Program-made: the position numbers and the translations under genes
Virus record (IMG/VR): IMGVR_UViG_3300013137_000010
Coordinates: 19,241 to 83,240 of that record
Source: a virus
Direction: 5' to 3' (one strand)
DNA: 64,000 bases
Shown here: piece after piece, positions 56,415 to 64,000 of the stretch
How the letters are laid out: every line of letters starts with the position of its first letter
Numbering within the stretch: position 1 is the stretch's first letter
The notes under the pieces: model-generated
Told to the model about the DNA's origin: nothing
The model's database searches: none
What the model saw: the letters and a program-made list of their open reading frames with translations, nothing else

Positions 56415-57431
56415 ATGGGAAAAACTTTCATGTCATATTTTGGTGGTAAGAGCAAATTTGAAGATTTCATTGTTCCGGTGATACCAAAAAATATAAAAAG
56501 ATATGTTGAACCTTTTTCTGGTTCATTTGCTATTTATTTTTTAGCGGATTTTAATGATGATGTAGAAATAATTTTTAATGATTTGAATAGGGATCAAGCT
56601 AATATTTTCGAATGTGCTAAAGATTATAAAAAATATTTAGAGAGAATTAAATATCATTTAGAAAATCCAGAAGGTAAGTTGTATTGTAAAGAAACTGATA
56701 AAGAATTGAAAAAACAATTTTATAAAGAACTTTATTATACCTATAAAAAATCAGATTTTTCTAGTCAGGAATTTGATATTCCTGATTATGATAGAGCGGC
56801 TGTTTATGCTTATTTATCAACATCAGCGTTTAATTCTTGTCATTTTACAGCCGCTGGTTTTAGTGGATTTAATAAAGATAGAATGAAATATCTTACTTTT
56901 ATTAATAAATTAGAAAATAAAGAATTACAAAAAAAATTTGAAAGAATAGATATTGTTGAAACTTTAGGTTTTAAAGAACTTATTGAGAAATATGATTCAG
57001 AAGATACTTTTATGTATTTAGATCCACCATATTATGAAGAAAAAGATAAACGTTCTGGTTGGTATGGAACAAAAGATGAATTTGGACAACAAGAGCACGT
57101 AGAATTATTAAAATTATTGAGAACTACAAAATGTAAGTGGGCTTTATCCTACTATTATTTTCCTATATTGGAAGAATATCTACCTAAGGATCAATATGTC
57201 TGGCTTGAGAGAGATTTTTTCCGTTCATCTGCTAGTTTCTCGGATAATAAAGAAACAAAAGGTACTGAACTTTTGATACTAAATTATAATCCTGGTGATG
57301 TAATAAAGGATAAAGGTCCCAAGATAAAAACAGAACCGAAAAAAGAAAAAGAACCGAAAGAAGAACCAGTTGAGGAGATTAAGGTTAATTTTAAGGTTGA
57401 AGAGGAAATTGACGATTTTTGGAATTCATAA
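56415..57431 (+). CDS. Dam-like DNA adenine methyltransferase
   Basis: 'YFGGK', 'YVEPFSGS', 'YLDPPY'. Confidence 0.88.
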   Translation: MGKTFMSYFGGKSKFEDFIVPVIPKNIKRYVEPFSGSFAIYFLADFNDDVEIIFNDLNRDQANIFECAKDYKKYLERIKYHLENPEGKLYCKETDKELKKQFYKELYYTYKKSDFSSQEFDIPDYDRAAVYAYLSTSAFNSCHFTAAGFSGFNKDRMKYLTFINKLENKELQKKFERIDIVETLGFKELIEKYDSEDTFMYLDPPYYEEKDKRSGWYGTKDEFGQQEHVELLKLLRTTKCKWALSYYYFPILEEYLPKDQYVWLERDFFRSSASFSDNKETKGTELLILNYNPGDVIKDKGPKIKTEPKKEKEPKEEPVEEIKVNFKVEEEIDDFWNS

Positions 57432-57450
57432 AATAAACTAAATAAAAAAT

Positions 57451-57972
57451 ATGAATGAAACAATAAATAGTTTAAAACAACAAGTTATTATAGATTATAA
57501 AGAAAAATTCAATTATGAAGTTTTAATAGAAACTGGAACCTATTTAGGTGATATGGTCGATTCTCAAAAAGATAGATTTAAGAAAATAATATCTATAGAG
57601 CTGAGTGAATTATTATATACCAGAGCAGTTGATAAATTCAAAGGTTATTCTAATATAAGAATAATTAAAGGAGATAGTGGTAAGATTCTACCTGAATTAT
57701 TAGATGAGATAAAAGAATCAGCAATTTTTTGGCTAGATGGACATTATTCTGGTGGTTCTACAGCTTTGGGTGAAAAGCAAACACCAATTTTAGAAGAATT
57801 AAGTGCCATATTCAAGCATAAAAATATGAAACATATTATTCTTATTGATGATGCAAGATGTTTTATAGGTGAGGATGATTATCCAACGATTTCAGAATTA
57901 CAAATATTACTTGAGAGTAATAATTATAATTTCGAAGTGCTTGATGATATAATTAGATGTGAGCCTTTATGA
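57451..57972 (+). CDS. SAM-dependent methyltransferase-like protein
   Basis: 'IETGTYLG', 'GDS', 'FWLDGH', 'IDD'. Confidence 0.7.
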   Translation: MNETINSLKQQVIIDYKEKFNYEVLIETGTYLGDMVDSQKDRFKKIISIELSELLYTRAVDKFKGYSNIRIIKGDSGKILPELLDEIKESAIFWLDGHYSGGSTALGEKQTPILEELSAIFKHKNMKHIILIDDARCFIGEDDYPTISELQILLESNNYNFEVLDDIIRCEPL

Positions 57973-58577
57973 AAATATACACACTTGGAGATTCTCATGC
58001 CTCTAAATCATATACTTTTGCTGGTATTGATTATGTTCATTGTAATTGGATCGGTCCAGTTACGATGGAAAGTGTAGGAAAAAGTAGAGGTAATCATTCA
58101 TCTTCAGAATTGTTAGATGAAATTTTACAAAGTTACAATATAGATGTTAATGATGTTGTTATTTTATGTTTTGGTGAAATTGATTCTAGATGTATAATAA
58201 ATCCAAGAATTGTAAATGGTGAAAATGAAGATGATGTAATTAATTCTTTAGTTTTAAATTTCATAAATACAATAATTAATTCAAATCATAAGATCTTTTG
58301 GATTTTGAGTATCACTCCGCCAGTATATAAAAATGTTGATTCTGAAAATACGGGATTTCCTTTTAGAGGAAAAGATGAGGAAAGATCAAGATATACAAAA
58401 AAAATGAATACAAAATTGAGAATGGAATGTGAAAGATTACACATACCATTTGTAGATGTATATGATTATTATACTGATGAATTGGGTATGTTAAGAGAAG
58501 AAATTATAAAAGATTATGTTCATATTGGTGATTCTGGTTATGTTAAGAATGTTCTTGATAAAATGATAAATGGATAA
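57969..58577 (+). CDS. SGNH/GDSL hydrolase-like protein
   Basis: 'GDSHA', 'GEID', 'DYVH'. Confidence 0.7.
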   Translation: MKIYTLGDSHASKSYTFAGIDYVHCNWIGPVTMESVGKSRGNHSSSELLDEILQSYNIDVNDVVILCFGEIDSRCIINPRIVNGENEDDVINSLVLNFINTIINSNHKIFWILSITPPVYKNVDSENTGFPFRGKDEERSRYTKKMNTKLRMECERLHIPFVDVYDYYTDELGMLREEIIKDYVHIGDSGYVKNVLDKMING

Positions 58578-58599
58578 AATGAAAAAATAAAAGAAAAGT

Positions 58600-59034
58600 A
58601 TGGAAGTTAAAATAGTTAACAAATCAAATAATCCGTTGCCTGAATACGCAGAACCTTTTTCTGCTGGCATGGATTTAAGAGCAAATTTAGATGAACCAAT
58701 AGTATTAGAAAGTATGGAGCAAAAATTAATACCAACTGGTATCTATGTTGAATTACCTGAAGGTACATTTGGAATGATAACATCAAGAAGTGGTTTAGCC
58801 GCAAAATATGGAATTTCAATTGTTAATTCTCCTGGAATTCTCGATAGTTCATATAGAGGGGAAGCTAAAATAATATTAATTAATTTAGGTAAGAATCCTT
58901 TTAAAATTGAAAATGGAGATAGAATTGCACAATTTATTTTAATGAATTATCAAAAAATAGAATTTGAGAGTGTGGAAAAACTATCTGAATCAATTAGAGG
59001 TGAAGGTGGATTTAATTCGACTGGAGTTAAATAA
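58600..59034 (+). CDS. dut: dUTPase
   Basis: 'AGMDL', 'RSGLA', 'GILDSSYRGE', 'GDRIAQ', 'RGEGGFNSTG'. Confidence 0.95.
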   Translation: MEVKIVNKSNNPLPEYAEPFSAGMDLRANLDEPIVLESMEQKLIPTGIYVELPEGTFGMITSRSGLAAKYGISIVNSPGILDSSYRGEAKIILINLGKNPFKIENGDRIAQFILMNYQKIEFESVEKLSESIRGEGGFNSTGVK

Positions 59035-59272
59035 TGTTAAAAATTATTTGTCGAAATAACACCATTAGATACGCCAAAAGGTAAAATATTACAAACTATT
59101 AATAATAATGTATATTTTACTTTATCTCCATTGTCGATGGGAACTATTGATAGTAATAATTTTGTAAAGGTTGATAAATTAATCTCATTTTGTGTTAGTG
59201 TTGGTGTAGAAAATGATATGTTTTTATCAATATCGGATATTAGAAAAATGAAATTAGAAAAAATATATAAAT

Positions 59273-59569
59273 ATGAGATTTTATAGTCCTGAAAACGAAC
59301 ATGAACTAAATATTATGAGAGAGAATTTTAATATCACGGATATTTTTGGCTCGGACGTTTATTTCGATTTAGATAAAAAGACATTAAGAAAAACTAAACT
59401 TTTAACTCTCAAAAATAATGAATTGTCTTCTATTATTATTAGAAGGATAATTAAGAATTCGAAAAAGGTAAACGCAGAAGAATATTTGACATCAAAATTA
59501 TCTTATGATTTATCTCAACAAATTGATAAAGAGATATTAAATAAATTAAAAAACGAATATAATTTATGA
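59273..59569 (+). CDS. Hypothetical protein
   Basis: 98 aa. Confidence 0.55.
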   Translation: MRFYSPENEHELNIMRENFNITDIFGSDVYFDLDKKTLRKTKLLTLKNNELSSIIIRRIIKNSKKVNAEEYLTSKLSYDLSQQIDKEILNKLKNEYNL

Positions 59570-59736
59570 GATATTCATTTAAAAGAGATAAGAACAATAA
59601 AAATCCTTATGATTTAGGTGCGATATATGTTGCATGTAATAAATGTGGTAAAGAGAAGAGACCTGATTCACCTTATGAGCCGATGAATGTTTTTCGTGAG
59701 TATTGTAATTGTGATCTTAAAAAAATTAAGAAATGA
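59566..59736 (+). CDS. Small Cys-containing hypothetical protein (56 aa)
   Basis: MRYSFKR...CNKCG...YCNCD; ATGA overlap with the previous gene. Confidence 0.5.
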   Translation: MRYSFKRDKNNKNPYDLGAIYVACNKCGKEKRPDSPYEPMNVFREYCNCDLKKIKK

Positions 59737-59776
59737 CTTTCAATAGAACAAGACATTTCAAAAATGAATTGATATA

Positions 59777-60376
59777 ATGAGAATATTAATAATATCTTCG
59801 TATAGATGTGGTGGCTATTCTTTTTCTAATTGGCTTGGTAAAGAGTTAGACTACGAAATGGTTCATGAACCTTATAATTTTTGTTATGAAATGCAGAAAT
59901 TGAGATCCCTTTCAATAATTCCAAAAGATCCAGAATATATTTTCACTACAAATGATATTATTGTTAAATTTCCTTATCAAGATCTTGAAAAAATAAATAG
60001 AGATGATATGAAAAATTTACCAGAAGATTTAATTAATAAATTTGATAAAACTATTGGATTAACAAGAGAAAATCTTTTAGAATCTGCTCAAAGTATGGTT
60101 TGGGCTAGGAAGAATAATAAGTGGCATGATACTTATTCTATGACACCAGAATGGTTAGAAAATAATAAAGAGGAGATATTAACAACACGAAATGATCTTT
60201 TAGACACGAATGAGAAAATAAAGAAATTATCAATATTGCAAGTAGCATACGAGAATATTTTTATCAATAAAAGTGACATCTCGAAAATTCAAGATTATTT
60301 AAGTATTAAAAAATTAAGATTTTTGAATCTATTAGACTCACATTTTAGATATAGAAAAAATAATGAATATATTTGA
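59777..60376 (+). CDS. Sulfotransferase-like P-loop protein
   Basis: 'ISSYRCGG', 'HEP', 'LTREN..ESAQS', 'YE'. Confidence 0.55.
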   Translation: MRILIISSYRCGGYSFSNWLGKELDYEMVHEPYNFCYEMQKLRSLSIIPKDPEYIFTTNDIIVKFPYQDLEKINRDDMKNLPEDLINKFDKTIGLTRENLLESAQSMVWARKNNKWHDTYSMTPEWLENNKEEILTTRNDLLDTNEKIKKLSILQVAYENIFINKSDISKIQDYLSIKKLRFLNLLDSHFRYRKNNEYI

Positions 60377-60384
60377 AGAAAAGT

Positions 60385-60720
60385 TTAAATATTTATATTC
60401 AGATCTTTGTTAAAATGCGGATTATCTTTGAGTGATTCGAAATTTTCTTCAATTTTTTCACAGTTTTCAATAAAATTAGCTACATCCGATATATCCAGGT
60501 TAAACCATTCGTTTTTCACATTTTTGTGTTTATATAGATTATGTAGTGTGCTTTCTACTTTCCTACCGTGCGAGCTTTCAAAGTTTGCAATTTCTTTTAT
60601 CTGATAAGGATTTCCGGTTTGTAATTTTTCAATTCTGCTTTTGACAGATTTTTTTGTATAACCAATTTTATATAGTGTTGAGTCGTTATCTGAGCATTCT
60701 AGTAAATAAATAAAACCCAT
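60385..60720 (-). CDS. GIY-YIG/T5orf172 family nuclease
   Basis: 'FIYL...YKIGYT...R...LQTGNP...E..LH...EWF'. Confidence 0.85.
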   Translation of the reverse strand: MGFIYLLECSDNDSTLYKIGYTKKSVKSRIEKLQTGNPYQIKEIANFESSHGRKVESTLHNLYKHKNVKNEWFNLDISDVANFIENCEKIEENFESLKDNPHFNKDLNINI

Positions 60721-60840
60721 AATCTTAAATAATTTTTATTATATATTTAAGATTATGGGTCTGTAGTTTATAATTTTTTACAAATCTATATCATTCTCAA
60801 TCAATTCATCTTTTAAATCTTCTGCCCTATATGTTTCATA

Positions 60841-61158
60841 TTATTCTTCCGTTTTTAAGTTTTTTAAACTATCAATTTGTTCAGTAAGCCATTTCATATC
60901 AAAATTTCTATGAACATTAGCTTTAACATGCTCCAATGTTAGAACTCTTTCTTTAAGTTTTTGTTCTTCAATTAAAGATTTAATTTTTTCAACTAATTCT
61001 TCTTTGCCTTCAATGGTAATGTCCTTATCAATAGAATCTTCATTTGTAATTTTAATTAAAAGAGATTCTTCAATAATTGAATAAATATCATTTTTTAATG
61101 AATCTTTTGATTCATATTTTTGTTTTATTTCATCTTTTAAGGAACTGAATGTTTTCAT
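60841..61158 (-). CDS. Hypothetical protein
   Basis: 105 aa. Confidence 0.6.
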   Translation of the reverse strand: MKTFSSLKDEIKQKYESKDSLKNDIYSIIEESLLIKITNEDSIDKDITIEGKEELVEKIKSLIEEQKLKERVLTLEHVKANVHRNFDMKWLTEQIDSLKNLKTEE

Positions 61159-61164
61159 ATTTAT

Positions 61165-61494
61165 TTATTTTATTTTTATGTTTTTACTTTGTAAATTATT
61201 AACTATGTGATTTTTAATTTCTTGTTTTTCTTTTCTACTTGGTGTTATAAAATTAGGATAAAACAAATCTACTTCTCTAACAGAATCAATAGGGAAAAAT
61301 AATAATTTATTTTCATATTTTGAACCAATTTGCCAAACCCAATATTTAATTTCATAATCTTCAGGCTTTCTAGATACAACACATATAGACATCGGATCAG
61401 TTTCTAAATACGATTTATCAAAATAAATTTCACCTACTTTATATTCATCTCCAAATAAATCTATAAATCCTTCAAATGTTTTTAATTTTTTCAT
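61165..61494 (-). CDS. Hypothetical protein
   Basis: 109 aa; MKKLKTFEGF N-terminus. Confidence 0.6.
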   Translation of the reverse strand: MKKLKTFEGFIDLFGDEYKVGEIYFDKSYLETDPMSICVVSRKPEDYEIKYWVWQIGSKYENKLLFFPIDSVREVDLFYPNFITPSRKEKQEIKNHIVNNLQSKNIKIK

Positions 61495-61506
61495 ACTTTT
61501 ATTTTT

Positions 61507-61782
61507 TTATCTATAAGTGTAACCTGATCTTAAGTCCCAAATGAGACCTGATGGTTGTATGTAATACACATTATTAACTGTTATTGCTGGATAAGTATTA
61601 TCCATAGTAGTACCAGAAATATAGGGGTATTCATATTTCAAAACACCACCAGCTACAGTCTTTCTTTTTATTGCCCATTTTGATTCTGAGTCCTGTGTTC
61701 CTGCTGTTGCATAGCCATAATATGTAGTACCTGTTGTAGAATCTCCGTCCCAAGGATCCATTCTTTGAAGTTCTAATGCCAT
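61507..61782 (-). CDS. Hypothetical (possibly virion decoration) protein
   Basis: 91 aa; 'Y.G.A..GT..S...W.I.R...WD.R..YTY'. Confidence 0.6.
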   Translation of the reverse strand: MALELQRMDPWDGDSTTGTTYYGYATAGTQDSESKWAIKRKTVAGGVLKYEYPYISGTTMDNTYPAITVNNVYYIQPSGLIWDLRSGYTYR

Positions 61783-61893
61783 AATTCAATTTTTCTTTTA
61801 TATATAAAAATCTATATTTCATATTATATAAATAAAAAAAGTATCAATATTTTTTTCATAAATATTGATACTTTATAAAGTATTGATTATCAA

Positions 61894-62267
61894 TGGTGGA
61901 GGTGACGGGGTACGATCCCGTGTGCAATTTTGCCTTTTGGTATCATCTACAAGTTTATTTAATTTTTTCTAAAATTAACAAAAATACATAATTCTTATAA
62001 GGTAATTATTAATCCCTTTGAACATTTTTACTTAACTCTAAAATAGCTCATTAAAAAAGTTTTTCTGGTTTTATCGGAGTTTAGGCTACGAAAACTTCAT
62101 CTTCAACTACAGTTCCAGAAACTGAGAAGATTGATTTTGAAGTAACGATATGTGCGTGTGCATTGCCATTTATTGTTTTTATCTCTTAATTTATTAATCG
62201 CCTATTAGACAATGCGATACTTGCCGATAACCTCATTATACAAAACTGTCAAAGCCAAGACACCCCC
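61894..62267 (-). ncRNA. ssrA: tmRNA
   Basis: 5' GGGGGUG..UUUGAC; 3' CACCUCC-ACCA with G3.U70; tag ORF 62167-62081 after AUAAAU, reading GNAHAHIVTSKSIFSVSGTVVEDEVFVA*. Confidence 0.88.
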
Positions 62268-62358
62268 ATTATTCAAAGAACTAACCTATATAGTATTATT
62301 TTCTGTTAAGGTTTTTTCTATTTTTAAAAATAAGATGTAATTTTTCAATATTCATGAA

Positions 62359-62730
62359 TTATTCTTCAACCCGGCTCATTATCTCGTATTCAATCTCCTT
62401 AGAAGTTATATCAGGATATTTTTCCTTGATAGCTAAATAGAGTCTATCTGTATCATTTCTGAGATCTTCAATTGCATCATAGTAAGGTCGAATTTTATTT
62501 TGAATTATCTTAATTTCATTATCTAATTCCATCAACTTACTATTCAATTGTAAAGTTTTTCTAACATCATTTAAATCTGAATTTACAAGACTTCCCATTT
62601 CATCTTGAATTTCATTGAATTTTTTTCTTCTTTCCAGTATAGATGGTTCTAGCTTCAAAATTTCTTTCAAATTTTGAATATAAATTCGTCTTATTCTTAT
62701 GCCCTCATTAATATATTGTTCAGCGATCAT
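62359..62730 (-). CDS. Hypothetical coiled-coil protein
   Basis: 123 aa. Confidence 0.6.
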   Translation of the reverse strand: MIAEQYINEGIRIRRIYIQNLKEILKLEPSILERRKKFNEIQDEMGSLVNSDLNDVRKTLQLNSKLMELDNEIKIIQNKIRPYYDAIEDLRNDTDRLYLAIKEKYPDITSKEIEYEIMSRVEE

Positions 62731-63119
62731 TCGTCTATCTCTTTCTTTCTTTTCTCAATCATATATTGAAGATATTCTTCTTCGCTCACTTTAATAGAAA
62801 TTTCTTCTAGTTCCGGATTATCCATTTCATACTTAACTTTATACCATTTATTAACGTCAAAATCTATATCTTCAATTTTTTCGTCTAATCCGTACTCTTT
62901 ATATTTGGAAACCAAATATCCAACATCGAAAGTTCTTCCAACAGAGCCAGAAAAATAATCAATCAAAAAACCAGAAATAAGAGAAAAATCATCAGACTCT
63001 AATGCTCTATCAATATAATAGTCGGTAAGATAACCAGCCATCTTAACTATCTTCATTTCAAATTCTTGAAATTTCCTATGAGACATCATAAATTCCACTT
63101 TTTTATTAACTCTATCCAT
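62727..63119 (-). CDS. Hypothetical protein
   Basis: 130 aa. Confidence 0.6.
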   Translation of the reverse strand: MDRVNKKVEFMMSHRKFQEFEMKIVKMAGYLTDYYIDRALESDDFSLISGFLIDYFSGSVGRTFDVGYLVSKYKEYGLDEKIEDIDFDVNKWYKVKYEMDNPELEEISIKVSEEEYLQYMIEKRKKEIDE

Positions 63120-63133
63120 TTCTATAATTATTT

Positions 63134-63898
63134 TTAATTATTTTTCAATTCTTTATTTATTATTGATTTAAGTTGTTCATAAATTTGAAATTTTAAACTA
63201 GATGGATCTTTCATAATTTTATCTGAAATTATATTTGAATAATATTCAATTGCATCCGCCTCAACATTTTCTTGAACCATACCAATAAAGACAGGACTAG
63301 GAATATTTTCTTCTATTTCAATAGTTAATTTAACTGGATAATTATTTTTGAACATCTTAAACATCATCTTGATAGGATCAACTTTAGGCTCTTCTTTTTT
63401 AGTTGGTGTTTCTATTGGTTTATCACCATTTAAAAATCTTTCATCATCATCCCAATTTCTATTTTGAACTTCTGGTATTTGTGCACCTGGTTGTGTTTTG
63501 CGCCATTGTTCTAACATCGCCTTTTTTTCAGCCGGAGATAATTGAATAGAACCCTCCATTTGGGGTTGTTTTACTGATGCACCAGGTGGTAAAGAAGAAT
63601 CATTAAGAACAACTGTTGGCTCAATATACTTAACCTGTGCGCCTTCAGTTGCGACATCTGGAATCTTACTAGTATCCATATTCATCAGTTGCTTAGCCAT
63701 ATTTGACAAAGGATCATTAGAGAAATTAGAAGTTTTGAAAAATGAATCTGGATCTATTTCTTTTTGTTGCTCATACTTTTTAACAAAAACATCTTTCTTA
63801 ATTCTTACACTATTATCTAATACGTAAAAATTAGTATCTTCTTGTAATATTTTAACTTGCTCACCTGTTGATTTATCAACATAAACATTATTTGACAT
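63134..63898 (-). CDS. Hypothetical protein
   Basis: 254 aa. Confidence 0.65.
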   Translation of the reverse strand: MSNNVYVDKSTGEQVKILQEDTNFYVLDNSVRIKKDVFVKKYEQQKEIDPDSFFKTSNFSNDPLSNMAKQLMNMDTSKIPDVATEGAQVKYIEPTVVLNDSSLPPGASVKQPQMEGSIQLSPAEKKAMLEQWRKTQPGAQIPEVQNRNWDDDERFLNGDKPIETPTKKEEPKVDPIKMMFKMFKNNYPVKLTIEIEENIPSPVFIGMVQENVEADAIEYYSNIISDKIMKDPSSLKFQIYEQLKSIINKELKNN

Positions 63899-64000
63899 GA
63901 TAATACATTATTTTTAAAATATATATAATATAGTACAGGTTCTATAATAAAGTTTTAATTATGATAACGAAATTTAAAATATTTGAAAGTCAAAATGCTA

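Noticed and set aside
59041-59287. Start-less frame with 'LDTPKGKIL', reminiscent of a prohead protease
   Set aside because: No in-frame start near the 5' end and the similarity is only a few residues
129-61822. Many small overlapping or antisense ORFs in the track (for example 129, 3044, 10203, 14240, 26246, 35222, 55435)
   Set aside because: They lie within longer, well-supported genes and have antisense-type composition
1-64000. Alternative genetic code (stop-codon reassignment) as in some large phages
   Set aside because: Genes are full-length under code 11, TAG and TGA end conserved proteins at expected positions, and no suppressor tRNA is seen

Overview
AT-rich 64-kb segment of a large T4-like (myovirus, jumbo-type) phage genome in the standard genetic code. 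The host is most likely Bacteroidota, based on repeated TAnnTTTG host-type promoters and a T9SS-sorted protein. It carries baseplate, tail sheath and tail tube genes, UvsX/RecA, a gp41/DnaB helicase fractured by an atypically split intein around a free-standing endonuclease, class II RNR, dNK, Prs, dUTPase, an ECF sigma factor, glycan-modifying enzymes, about nine homing-endonuclease-like genes or remnants, a solo-tnpB element and a tmRNA. A tRNA array at about 39.65-42.67 kb is limited to Pro, Arg, Ala, Thr, Gly and Val. The top finding is an unannotated 31-codon leader ORF (39471-39566) with a mutually exclusive antiterminator and terminator directly upstream of the array. The leader contains the exact cognate codon for all 10 anticodons in the array, suggesting a ribosome-mediated attenuator that switches on phage tRNAs when those tRNAs are depleted. 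The array also holds three D-arm-less Arg tRNA-like RNAs, three 8/4-fold tRNAs, two class-II tRNA-Thr, a group I intron in tRNA-Arg and a 167-nt Ala-identity tRNA-like RNA. A covarying CWGCAA stem-loop motif recurs five times, three of them in the leader of a DUF2828 (Ro60/TROVE-like) gene. All calls were made by eye from the sequence and ORF track; no searches or folding programs were run.
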